A stretch of DNA of 64,000 bases, taken from positions 496,001-560,000 of the forward strand of contig CATNEN010000024.1 of NCBI GenBank assembly GCA_950097015.1, given 5' to 3'. Position numbers and translations under genes: made by a program. Under the pieces are notes generated by a model, which saw only the letters and a program-made list of their open reading frames with translations, did not search any database and was not told the origin of the DNA. Source of the DNA: Macrostomum hystrix. Taxonomy: Eukaryota > Animalia > Platyhelminthes. Below are positions 11,876 through 22,915 of the stretch, in pieces (position 1 is the stretch's first letter; every line of letters begins with the position of its first letter).

Positions 11876-12188
11876 CTATGATGACCTGACGTCGATTGGC
11901 CTGACGCCTGTGACGCCTTGCCTTGACTCCATGGCCTACAAGCTGCGTGTGCTCGCTGCTTAAGCAGTGTTTGTTATCATTGTTAATAATAGTCATATTT
12001 TTATTATTATACCAACAATAGTGCAGCCGCACTTATCTCGGGAGAGTCTTCGATGAATTGAGCCCGAGTCGAAATTCGTGTTCGAGTCAACTAAATATAC
12101 TCGTATATGGGCACTTGTGTCGTGGAGTCGAGTGTATAGAGTGGAGTTTTTCAGCTGGAGATTCTCTAGTCTGAAAAGCAGCACAAAT

Positions 12189-12432
12189 AATATAGGTGAT
12201 TGGAACAGAGCATTGGTTTGAGTATGTTGTGGCTATTAATATAGGTGATTGGAACAGAGCATTGGTTTGAGTATGTTGTGGCTATTAATATAGGTGATTG
12301 GAACAGAGCATTGGTTTGAGTATGTTGTGGCTATTAATATAGGTGATTGGAACAGAGCATTGGTTTGAGTATGTTGTGGCTATTAATATAGGTGATTGGA
12401 ACAGAGCATTGGTTTGAGTATGTTGTGGCTAT
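12189..12432. repeat. 49-bp minisatellite x5
   Basis: AATATAGGTGATTGGAACAGAGCATTGGTTTGAGTATGTTGTGGCTATT in tandem. Confidence 0.95.
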
Positions 12433-12952
12433 TCTAGGGCTGCCCAGGTGCTGGATTTGAGAATCTAGATAAAACGAGAATCTCAATTTCTTGGACTTGG
12501 CTAAAGTAAAAAAGATGTGTAAGAGGTGTAAGAGACTGTCGTGAGTTTCTGAACTTGCGATGAACCACCAATTAAAGGCAATGAAGTACAGACCCAGAAT
12601 GATTAAGCAAACGGAAAAACATGACCGCTTGTAAACAAGCACTCCAACATACGCCATATATATAAAGCTAGAACATTTGACGTCTGAACATTTCAGTCCG
12701 TCTGAAGTTTTAAGGCATATGAGATTCTTTTAAATAATCTGCCTATAATTTTCTGACTCATTTCCTTCTTCTCTTCAGCTTGAACGACCAATGCTTTCGA
12801 TCAGCAGCGTGCGTCGCAGAGGTCTTCTATCGCTGTCGGTGCTGAAGAATGATGAAAAAAACCACGTGTCTTCTAAATCAACTAATAGTTCGTTCCATTG
12901 ACTGGAAGTGAGAAAAAGGAATATTTTATGAACAAAAAATATATGACTCGAG

Positions 12953-13025
12953 CGACCACGCCAGGACTCGAACCTGGAATCTTCTGATCCGTAGTCAGAC
13001 GCGTTATCCATTGCGCCACGCGGCC
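12953..13025 (-). tRNA. tRNA-Arg-ACG: tRNA-Arg(ACG) copy 12
   Basis: Identical body. Confidence 0.97.
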
Positions 13026-13246
13026 ATCTTCTGGCAAGCCGACGTTTCGTTGCCTCGTTTCGATCAAGAATTCGGATATTTGCTTAACTGTCTTTTTTAG
13101 CCTCTGAAAGTTTCTAGCTCGTGGTTTGATTTTTATTTTGATTTTGATTAAAGCTAGCACTACTCATAGCAGTGACTGCGCAGAATTACAAAACATATAG
13201 TTGTGATAGACTGTCGTGAGTTTCTGAACTTGCGCTGAAGCGACTG

Positions 13247-13261
13247 TTGCGCCACGTGGCC
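13247..13261 (-). pseudogene. 15-nt 5' remnant of a tRNA-Arg (GGCCACGTGGCGCAA) that keeps a copy-10-like upstream flank
   Basis: 13262-13510 is the reverse complement of the copy-10 upstream flank (~10350-10605); the tRNA body is deleted after nt 15. Confidence 0.75.
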
Positions 13262-13524
13262 CTCTGAGAACCTTTCATGTCCTTTCTTTTATATCTGGGA
13301 CTAGGATATTCACTCAACTGTCATTTAGTCAGCCTCCGAAACTTTCTATTGTTTGAATAGATAGCGAAAAGAAATCGACTAGCGAGGCATTTGAGAACGG
13401 AATATATTCAAAAGAATGCTCTCAAAGATCAATGCAGAATTTGCTCTAAGTAGTTGGAAAGCTCTGTTATGAACCACCTCAGCTGATCAGGGCTGCAGCA
13501 TGGGCTGAGACATAAAAAAAGCTA

Positions 13525-13985
13525 TGAAGATAGACTTTAAAGCTATGAACTGATAGACTTTAAAGCTATAAACTGATAGACTTTAAAGCTATGAACTGAT
13601 AGACTTTAAAGCTATGAACTGATAGACTTTAAAGCTATGAACTGATAGACTTTAAAGCTATGAACTGATAGACTTTAAAGCTATGAACTGATAGACTTTA
13701 AAGCTATAAACTGATAGACTTTAAAGCTATGAACTGATAGACTTTAAAGCTATGAACTGATAGACTTTAAAGCTATGAACTGATAGACTTTAAAGCTATG
13801 AACTGATAGACTTTAAAGCTATGAACTGATAGACTTTAAAGCTATCAACTGATGGACACTCAAGCTATGAACTGATGGTCACTCAAGCTATCAACTGATG
13901 GTCACTCAAGCTATCAACAGATGGTCGCTCAAGCTATGAACTGATGGTCACTCAAGCTATCAACAGATGGTCGCTCAAGCTATCG
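13525..13985 (-). repeat. 23-bp satellite in opposite orientation; variant CTTTAAAGCTATGAACTGATAGA grading into the reverse complement of the 6.3-9.8 kb monomer
   Basis: TCAAGCTATCAACTGATGGACAC-like units at 13845-13980. Confidence 0.93.
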
Positions 13986-14149
13986 TCAGATCGACATTCA
14001 AGCAGCGATGCGCGATATTAAAAAATACACCTAAGCTTAACCTTCTACCTTAGCATAAATAGCTATTATATTATTACTAAAGCATCAAATGAAAATTTCT
14101 GAGAAGTATTGGAAATTCCGAGTCAATTAAAACAAAACGAAATTGCAAA

Positions 14150-14222
14150 CGACCACGCCAGGACTCGAACCTGGAATCTTCTGATCCGTAGTCAGACGCG
14201 TTATCCATTGCGCCACGCGGCC
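14150..14222 (-). tRNA. tRNA-Arg-ACG: tRNA-Arg(ACG) copy 13
   Basis: Identical body. Confidence 0.97.
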
Positions 14223-14827
14223 CTGACATCCCAGATCTAAATTCCTGCCGATATACTGAGACTCCAGCGCTGACACTGTTTGATCTGCTGCGAGCTGCGG
14301 TGAAATATGTGAGCACTATGGACTGTGGAATTGAATCCACTTACTAGTCATTACTCAATTACATATTTCGAGCATCCTATATCAATATTTGACGCCGGTT
14401 TGACCTTTTATGTGACACTAAAACTGCAGGACTCATTCTTGCCTACGATAAAGGCTGATTAAAACATTCAACTGCAGATAATTTGGAAGATTGTTACATT
14501 CTTGCTTAACTTTGCTACGGACTCAAATGTTGAGACCTTAAATTTTCTAGGTTGTTATGACGTATTTTTGCTTATTTATTTAAATCTTTCCAAGTTTTCC
14601 AGTTCGCAAAATAATTCAGGTGTGTTACTTTAGAGCCCAAACTGTCGCTTCATCGCAAGTTCAGAAACGCACAACAGTCTCTCACACCTATCTTTTTGTA
14701 CTTCAGCGCAGTCACTGCTATAAGTACTATACGAGCTAGAAACTTTCAGAGGCCAAAAAAGACAGTTGAGCAAACATCCCAATTCTTGATCGAAATGAGG
14801 CAACGAAACGTCGGCTTGCAAGAAGAG

Positions 14828-14900
14828 GGCCGCGTGGCGCAATGGATAACGCGTCTGACTACGGATCAGAAGATTCCAGGTTCGAGTCCTGGCGTGGTCG
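14828..14900 (+). tRNA. tRNA-Arg-ACG: tRNA-Arg(ACG) copy 14
   Basis: Identical body. Confidence 0.97.
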
Positions 14901-15308
14901 CTCAGATTATGTTTTTGTACACAAAATCTATTCTTTTTTATCATTCCAAGCACTGGAAGGAATTATTAGTTGATTTATTAAGACACGTGGTGTTTTTTAT
15001 CATTATTCAGCACCGACAGCGAGAGAAGACCTCTGCGACGCACGCTGCTGATCGAAAGCATTGATCGACAGAGATTAATCAACTGGCGATGACTGCAACG
15101 ATCGCCTCATCACCGTGTCTTCAAACCAGCTTGACATCGAGACCCTCGATCAGCATATGCCACTCAGACAGTCAACAATTCACCTTTTAAACAGTGGGCA
15201 CGAGAGGTGAAAAACGGTCTCCACATGAGTCGTCTCGCTAAACGCCAATTCGTAAAGCTCAAAGAGCACAGCTTCCAGCATGAACAGCTGAAAAACAAAA
15301 AATTCAAG

Positions 15309-15381
15309 CGACCACGCCAGGACTCGAACCTGGAATCTTCTGATCCGTAGTCAGACGCGTTATCCATTGCGCCACGCGGCC
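15309..15381 (-). tRNA. tRNA-Arg-ACG: tRNA-Arg(ACG) copy 15
   Basis: Identical body. Confidence 0.97.
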
Positions 15382-16035
15382 CTGACATCCCAGATCTAAA
15401 TTCGTGCCGATATACTGAGACTCCAGCGCTGACACTGTTTGATCTGCTGCGAGCTGCAATGAAACCTGTGAGCACAATGAGCTTTTGTTTATCGAGACAT
15501 AAACCTGCTGGAGAAAGGATAAAGCAGCACAGAAGGGAAAGACACATCATCCATCAGGATGTGTCTTAAGTCAGAACACATGCACATAATGCATCTGCAG
15601 AATCATATCATTTTGATTGGTGTAAAAGCCGACGTGAGCGTCTCAATACTAAAGCTGGGTTAATGTTTCCTCTTTGATCAGCTTCGCAGCTGAACTTGTG
15701 GACTCTCCTGCTTGCAGTGATCTTGCAGTCGTTGCAGTGCCCATCATATTTATGTCTCACGTAGTACACAGCTCTCATTGTGCCCTCAGACTTTTTTACC
15801 TGAAGCCATTATATGCCAGTGAGCGTGTGTTCCCATGCTTGAGAACAGTCTGCATCATGAATTTTACGTCCCAAAATGTGTTGCCATATCCCTTCTCGAG
15901 CAATACGTCAGATTCATGTCTAATGTAACACTCAGTCCATTGTCCTCACAGCTCGCAGCAGATCAAACAGTTCCTCATTTAAGCGCTCATGGAGTCTCTC
16001 AGCATATGAGCAAGAATTTAGACCTGGCATGTCAG

Positions 16036-16108
16036 GGCCGCGTGGCGCAATGGATAACGCGTCTGACTACGGATCAGAAGATTCCAGGTTCGAGTCCTGG
16101 CGTGGTCG
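16036..16108 (+). tRNA. tRNA-Arg-ACG: tRNA-Arg(ACG) copy 16
   Basis: Identical body. Confidence 0.97.
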
Positions 16109-18414
16109 ATTATATTTTGCTTTTGCTTTTATTAGGTAATTTTTCCGAGCTCGACTTTAAACCTAATAACCTAGCTATATTTATAGGGTCCTATGTAAAA
16201 TTGAATTGTTTTTCACAATTTCAGAATTCTGATCGAGAGTCACTGATGTAGGCCGGTTGATGAAGGCTGACTGAGGGAGATTGACTGATGGATACTGGCT
16301 GAGGAAGATTATTTGCCAAGAATAACCAAACTCAGAATGGCCCCATTCTGCGGAAGACTGACTGAATTTTGATAGAGATAACAACCCCAGGCAATATGTG
16401 AAGAAATATGAAATGAAAAAGCAGTCTAAGTGTTATAGCAATGTCAATTAATAATATTTACTCGCTAAAATTAATCATTTTACAGGAAATTGTTTTAAAC
16501 TTAAAAAATTATATTTGAAGCGTTCGAAAGTCATTTTTTCTTAGAATGAATAAGTAGCTTTTAATGTCTACTTGATTAGCCTAGTTCGTCGTTGCTAAAT
16601 GCTAATTGTACTGTTGCGGATATTGCTCCTACAATTTCAAATCCTTGCCTTATATTATAAGATCATGATATAGTTCTATCTTGTATAGCGCATTAGACGT
16701 TTTGGGTCTTTTCGACTGCTGCCATCTCATCTGCTATAAACATGTCTTTAAAAGAAACTTCGTACAACCTCGTCTGCCGTCAGGACAATTTAAAACAAAT
16801 TCGTCTGCTTCGGCTTGCCTAAAATTTTTGCAAGTGGTCTCCCTTATCTATGGCAGGGCGTCAGTGCACGCAAAACAGAAAGTAGGGCCAATGTACAAAT
16901 CCGTTCAAATTCGTCTGAGAAAACGAATAATAATCTTGGTTAGGCCTAAAAATCTTGCTTATCTTAAATCTGCTCCGCACACTGGCATGTATACTGGGAT
17001 GAAACCATTTTCTCTCGTTTCAGTTTAGGACAAGTTGGCCAACTCGTCTGCTCATTAATTTCGTTTGTATTTCCTACAAATAAGTCAACTCATCTATTGG
17101 CAGCCGAGATAGTGGCACACTAAGAGACTGGAATCCAACTTTTGTATGTTTACAGAATGGTTGCTGATATTACCTATATACCATAGGCTAGTAATAATGA
17201 AAACTGTCAATAAATTTTACTTTACTGATAAACAACCTCAGATTCAGCTTTATTTTGTTACTATCATGTAGACAGAAATTTCCCTGCCATGCACAGAGAC
17301 TAGGTGACCAGGCAGATGCTTTGATTATGTCTATATTGCCAGTGGTTCTGGTACAGCATCCAAATGTGGCCTTGTCATGAAATTGAGCTTAGGGACCTTT
17401 ATGCGATAGGCAAATGTGTTAGACTGCTCTGCCACTTACCCCCTTTGTAGGATATTTGTGGCTTTGATCTAGTTACATTTAGCATTTATTGATCCAATTC
17501 TTTTTGTTTATTTATAATGCAAACTTTAAGCCTACACTCTGCCTCTATATCTCCACTTGCCTAGCTCATATAATGTACTAGCTATGGTCCTTGCATCATC
17601 TATGACCATTTTAATGAAAATTCTGGCTATGCCACCAATTTAGTGACAACTAACTTAAATTTATTTTGTGTTGCTCTATATATACTACTATGGTATTTAT
17701 AGCCAGATTGCGCTGTTTTATCACTACATTAGCAGAAGCTATAGCTATTGTCTGCACAATTTTCAGACATGTCTCTGGTTGAAGTTTAATAATCTCTAAT
17801 CACTAAAGAGGGCAAGTTTTTAATGTCAAATTGAATAGCTAGATTGTCAATAGAAATGAGCCTTTTGTTAGGCATAGGTGGCCTGTTTTAGAAAGACAGT
17901 AAATTTTTTTCTATTGTGTGAAATGTGGAACATTTTGGAACCCTTTTAATGTAGGTTTCAATTTTTGTAAACTAGCTGCAATTTAGATTCAAATAGGACT
18001 AATGAAATACAGTTTAACAGAAAAAGTGCAGAATACTGAAGTCATGATTAATATATTGATGATAATAATATATCTTTCTAATATATGTTAATAGTTAAAA
18101 TAAGTTGATTTTCTCATAAAAGAACACATATTTAAGAAAGCATTTAGATTTATTTTGAATTTTGTTCATCAGGTTACATTTTTTCATTTTTCCTATTAAT
18201 AAAACTAAAAACCCTGCATTTTAGAATTTTTTGGCTTCTTCAGCAATTGCTTAATTCCTTTCATTTGAAACAAATTATAATGATTCTTTTTATCTAAATA
18301 TTGCAGCAGCATTGGCATGCAAAGACTCAAGAAAGTAGACTAGAACTTTTACAAATTATGCCGTTGAAAGCTAGCTATACAAACTAGGGGTCCAGGCTAG
18401 GTAAATAAAAAAGC

Positions 18415-18765
18415 ATGCGCTATCATAGACAATCAGAAGAATTGGAGGCAACTGGTCCTGTAGGACCTGCCACCGCTGCAGGCGGTGGTATTGGCGGCAC
18501 CATCGATGGCATTGATGCTGTTGATAGCGACGCTGACAGTAGTCTGATGGTGAGTGGCCGGACTAGTTCTCGAGTGCCCCGGCCGCTGGCCTGGGCCCAG
18601 CTCATCCTGGGCATTCTCGGCCTGGTTCTTGGCGCCACAGACGCCGGCGTGCGTGCTGCCGCAGCATCCGGCAATGCTACAGCTACGCTGCAGCATTCTG
18701 TTATGCCGGTGCATGCTCTTGACGTCACTGGCGCGTTCGGCTTTCCAATCTGGTGCTCGCTGTCT
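18415..18765 (+). CDS. CD20/MS4A-like four-pass membrane protein, exon 1 of 4 (351 aa joined)
   Basis: ATG; LAWAQLILGILGLVLG and GFPIWCS resemble CD20-family TM1/TM2; phase-0 donor GTGAGT at 18766. Confidence 0.75.
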
Positions 18766-18834
18766 GTGAGTTACGTTTTTTTAGTGTGGTCACTGACGCA
18801 TCAGTTGGCATATAATAGACCCGCAGCCAGTGAT

Positions 18835-18970
18835 GGGGGGCAATTCTGCCCATTCCACTGACCCCTGAGCACACACTCACTCAGGTGTGTACATCTGCTA
18901 TCGCCGCGGATTCGAACTCAGTGAGTTTGTTGCAACATTCGGGCGCGTTACTGCTCCGCCCATAACCTAG
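18835..18970 (-). mobile_element. tRNA-derived SINE family B, internally deleted copy
   Basis: B box GAGTTCGAATCC; tail GATGTACACACCTG...GTGTGCTCAGG.GTCAG shared with 40497 and 61148. Confidence 0.75.
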
Positions 18971-19250
18971 TACATACATAAAGCACGCCTCATTCCTTCC
19001 ATAAATATAGAGATACTAGCTTTTTTTGCCCGTTGTTTTTGGGGCAGAAATTTAAAGCAAAGCAGTAAGCAATTCACGTCTCTGTTAACTTTATAGTGAA
19101 GGTCACCATTTATTTATTTACTGCATTAATGAAAAGTGAAGAGTTTGTTTAAGGGCGTTTTAAGTAAAAAATAAGTGAAAAGTTTGTCCAAACAGCCCCC
19201 TCTTGATTACTTCTTTAGAAACATGTCTCTTAGCCACTCCTCTATACAGT

Positions 19251-19521
19251 CAGTGGCATATCCAGGAATTTTGTTTTGGGGCGGTCTGTCAGGGGAGCGC
19301 CATGAGAATCACAGAGGGGGTGCCAGCGGCCGAAAAAGGGCGCCAGGAGCCAAGAAAGGGCGCCAGCGGCTGAAAAACGGGAGCCAGCGGCTGAAAAAGG
19401 GGCGCCAGCGGCCGAAAAGGGGCGCCAGTGCTGCGACTGGCGCCCCTGGTGGGGGCATCTTATTCCCATGATTAAAATTTGGGGGGGCGACTGCCCCCCG
19501 CCCCCCCTAAATCTGCCTCTG
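19251..19521. mobile_element. hAT-type MITE (271 bp) nested in Helitron 1
   Basis: Imperfect TIRs CAGTGGCATATCCAGG / CAGAGGCAGATTTAGG; perfect 8-bp TSD TATACAGT (19243-50, 19522-29). Confidence 0.88.
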
Positions 19522-19673
19522 TATACAGTATGCATGTACACGCGTATACATAAGGAAAATAGCCATGGCATAACAATAACAATGTCAAAGAAACAAAATT
19601 AAACTGTTTCAGAGTTCAGAGTTAGACAGGTCAAGGTCAATTCGTGACTACTTTTCTATTAATTGCTTGCGAG

Positions 19674-20645
19674 TCACCTCAAGGCCTGGGGATACACCAC
19701 ATTCTTCGTTCTTCCCCTTGGTGCGAAAATGAATAGGCCAGCTGGAGTTCCAACACGGGAGCAGGCGACATAAAGCTGCCCATGCGAGAAGCAAGGAGTC
19801 TCCAGGTTGATGCCAGCCACCTTCAGCGACTGTCCCTGAGCCTTGTTAATAGTCATCGCAAAGCACACTCTCACAGGGAACTGCAGTCGCTTGAACTGAA
19901 ATGGCAGGTCCGTGGGGATAATTGGAATCCGGGAACGAACACAGACTCTCCTCTGCCAGATCCAGTCATTATCGTGGCCTCAATCACGTGTGGGAAGAGC
20001 CGCCTGACTATCAGTCTGGTGCCGTTACACAGCCTTGGCGCATTCAGGTTGCGGAGGAGCATAATTGGTGCCCCAACTTTCAGCTGCAAGTTGTGCGATG
20101 GAGTTCCAGGAGGATCTAGAGAGTTCAGAAACTCAACAGGATACTCCACAGCGGTGTCATCAGTCAACGTTGTATCAATTGACTTGTAGGTGAAAACTGC
20201 ACCTGGCAACTCCTGAAGCAGTTGGTAGTTAATTTCGTTGGCGGCATCATTTCTAGGACACAGAATTGCCCTCTCTGACAGCCAGTCAACGTCAGCATAT
20301 CGAACCATCAGGTTCGGGTAAACTTTTGCCTTGAGCTCCTGCACTGACTGCACAATGGTTCCGATTGTAGCGATCGATGACTGCCCATCCTCGGTGCTAA
20401 TCTCCAGCAGACCATTGCCGATTCGCAATAGATTGGCAGAGAACTCATGAGCTGTTTCGTCTCCTTGAATTGTAGCTCTCATGTTTGTTCGTAGGTGCAA
20501 CTTCACAACCGATGGCCACAGGTGAGATGATTTTAGGCAAGCATTAATCTCATCAGCAGGAGTGCCACGCGGAATCACAGGCAGCGTCTGTCTAAAGTCT
20601 CCAGACAGCAGCAGAGTGATACCACCCATCAGTTGATCGCCAGCC
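19674..20645 (-). pseudogene. PIF1-family helicase C-terminal half (Helitron RepHel remnant), frameshifted near 19930
   Basis: GDFRQTLPV, LRLNAP-like LLRNLNAPRLCNGTRL, FAMTINKAQGQS, QLYVACSRV; one G fewer than copy 2 (GGG vs GGGG). Confidence 0.9.
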
Positions 20646-21518
20646 TCTCTCTTTCTTCTATCCCAGGCTGGCTGGAGAGAAATATCGACCGGAGAGCCCT
20701 GCGCACTGGGACGCCACCGCACTCACCGCACTCAGTCTCAGTGCTGCTTGGGGGCCAGTAGACAGTCTAGGGGTTTGGGCTGTGTACATTCACGGCTTGA
20801 AATACAATGTACAGTCTGGGGCTTCGGCGCCCGGGGAAGGGAGGGGGTGGCTGTAATAAAATTTGGCCCGCAGAGTGGCGGAGGGGAGTTGGGGTGGCTG
20901 TCCTCGGAAAACAAAAAGTGACTCACTTTGAGATGATGCAGCTTTGCTCTGGATTGAGTAGAGATGTTCAAAATTGACAGCATTGTTGGAAAACATGTAA
21001 AGTGTAAGTGGATCAAATTTGGAGAAAATCTGACAAAGTGGGGCGACGATATGTCGAATTGAGTGATATTTTTACGATTTTTGAGCAGTTTTTTGCACTT
21101 TTGAGCAGGAAGGAAATGATTTTTCGGGAATTTGAGTAGCCTATTGCACTCAGCGTAGGTGGTTTTAGGTATGTGCAAAGTTTGGTGCGATTTGGTTGAG
21201 CGGTTTCGGCGTCTATAAAGACAAAAGGTTGCACACAGACAGACAGACAGACAGAGTTTTCACTTTTATATATATAGATGACTAGCTTTTTTTGCCCGTT
21301 GTTTTTGGGGCAGAAATTTAAAGCAAAGCAGTAAGCAATTCACGTCTCTGTATTAACTTTATAGTGAAGGTCACCATTTATTTATTTACTGCATTAATGA
21401 AAAGTGAAGAGTTTGTTTAAGGGCGTTTTAAGTAAAAAATAAGTGAAAAGTTTGTCCAAACAGCCCCCTCTTGATTACTTCTTTAGAAACATGTCTCTTA
21501 GCCACTCCTCTATACAGT

Positions 21519-21789
21519 CAGTGGCATATCCAGGAATTTTGTTTTGGGGCGGTCTGTCAGGGGAGCGCCTTGAGAATCACAGAGGGGGTGCCAGCGGCCG
21601 AAAAAGGGCGCCAGGAGCCAAGAAAGGGCGCCAGCGGCTGAAAAACGGGAGCCAGCGGCTGAAAAAGGGGCGCCAGCGGCCGAAAAGGGGCGCCAGTGCT
21701 GCGACTGGCGCCCCTGGTGGGGGCATCTTATTCCCATGATTAAAATTTGGGGGGGCGACTGCCCCCCGCCCCCCCTAAATCTGCCTCTG
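21519..21789. mobile_element. hAT-type MITE nested in Helitron 2
   Basis: Same TIRs; TSD TATACAGT (21511-18, 21790-97). Confidence 0.88.
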
Positions 21790-21941
21790 TATACAGTATG
21801 CATGTACACGCGTATACATAAGGAAAATAGCCATGGCATAACAATAACAATGTCAAAGAAACAAAATTAAACTGTTTCAGAGTTCAGAGTTAGACAGGTC
21901 AAGGTCAATTCGTGACTACTTTTCTATTAATTGCTTGCGAG

Positions 21942-22915
21942 TCACCTCAAGGCCTGGGGATACACCACATTCTTCGTTCTTCCCCTTGGTGCGAAAATGA
22001 ATAGGCCAGCTGGAGTTCCAACACGGGAGCAGGCGACATAAAGCTGCCCATGCGAGAAGCAAGGAGTCTCCAGGTTGATGCCAGCCACCTTCAGCGACTG
22101 TCTCTGAGCCTTGTTAATAGTCATCGCAAAGCACACTCTCACAGGGAACTGCAGTCGCTTGAACTGAAATGGCAGGTCCGTGGGGATAATTGGAATCCGG
22201 GGAACGAACACAGACTCTCCTCTGCCAGATCCAGTCATTATCGTGGCCTCAATCACGTGTGGGAAGAGCCGCCTGACTATCAGTCTGGTGCCGTTACACA
22301 GCCTTGGCGCATTCAGGTTGCGGAGGAGCATAATTGGTGCCCCAACTTTCAGCTGCAAGTTGTGCGATGGAGTTCCAGGAGGATCTAGAGAGTTCAGAAA
22401 CTCAACAGGATACTCCACAGCGGTGTCATCAGTCAACGTTGTATCAATTGACTTGTAGGTGAAAACTGCACCTGGCAACTCCTGAAGCAGTTGGTAGTTA
22501 ATTTCGTTGGCGGCATCATTTCTAGGACACAGAATTGCCCTCTCTGACAGCCAGTCAACGTCAGCATATCGAACCATCAGGTTCGGGTAAACTTTTGCCT
22601 TGAGCTCCTGCACTGACTGCACAATGGTTCCGATTGTAGCGATCGATGACTGCCCATCCTCGGTGCTAATCTCCAGCAGACCATTGCCGATTCGCAATAG
22701 ATTGGCAGAGAACTCATGAGCTGTTTCGTCTCCTTGAATTGTAGCTCTCATGTTTGTTCGTAGGTGCAACTTCACAACCGATGGCCACAGGTGAGATGAT
22801 TTTAGGCAAGCATTAATCTCATCAGCAGGAGTGCCACGCGGAATCACAGGCAGCGTCTGTCTAAAGTCTCCAGACAGCAGCAGAGTGACACCACCCATCA
22901 GTTGATCGCCAGCCT
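21942..22915 (-). CDS. PIF1-family helicase C-terminal half (Helitron RepHel remnant), open frame, no Rep domain or Walker A
   Basis: Uninterrupted from QLMGGVTLLLSGDFRQ to KNVVYPQALR*; motif V reads KAQRQS (G->R versus copy 1). Confidence 0.85.

Larger units (their letters stand above)
14026..16108. repeat. Right arm of ~2.1 kb inverted repeat
   Basis: Reverse complement of 1997-4075 with scattered substitutions and small indels. Confidence 0.92.
19016..21278 (-). mobile_element. Non-autonomous Helitron, copy 1
   Basis: 5' TCTATATATATAAAA at 21278; 3' CTAG at 19016 with a TGCCC..GGGCA hairpin just upstream; inserted at A|T; contains PIF1 helicase sequence. Confidence 0.93.

Noticed and set aside
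813-16251. Recurrent ORFs containing GRVAQWITRLTTDQKIPGSSPGVV or MSGPRGAMDNASDYGSEDSRFESW
   Set aside because: They are translations of the tRNA-Arg body and its flanks, not proteins.
16681-17080. 115-aa ORF and repeated TCGTCTG motif
   Set aside because: No recognisable domain, TIR or TSD; four short motif copies are too weak to call.
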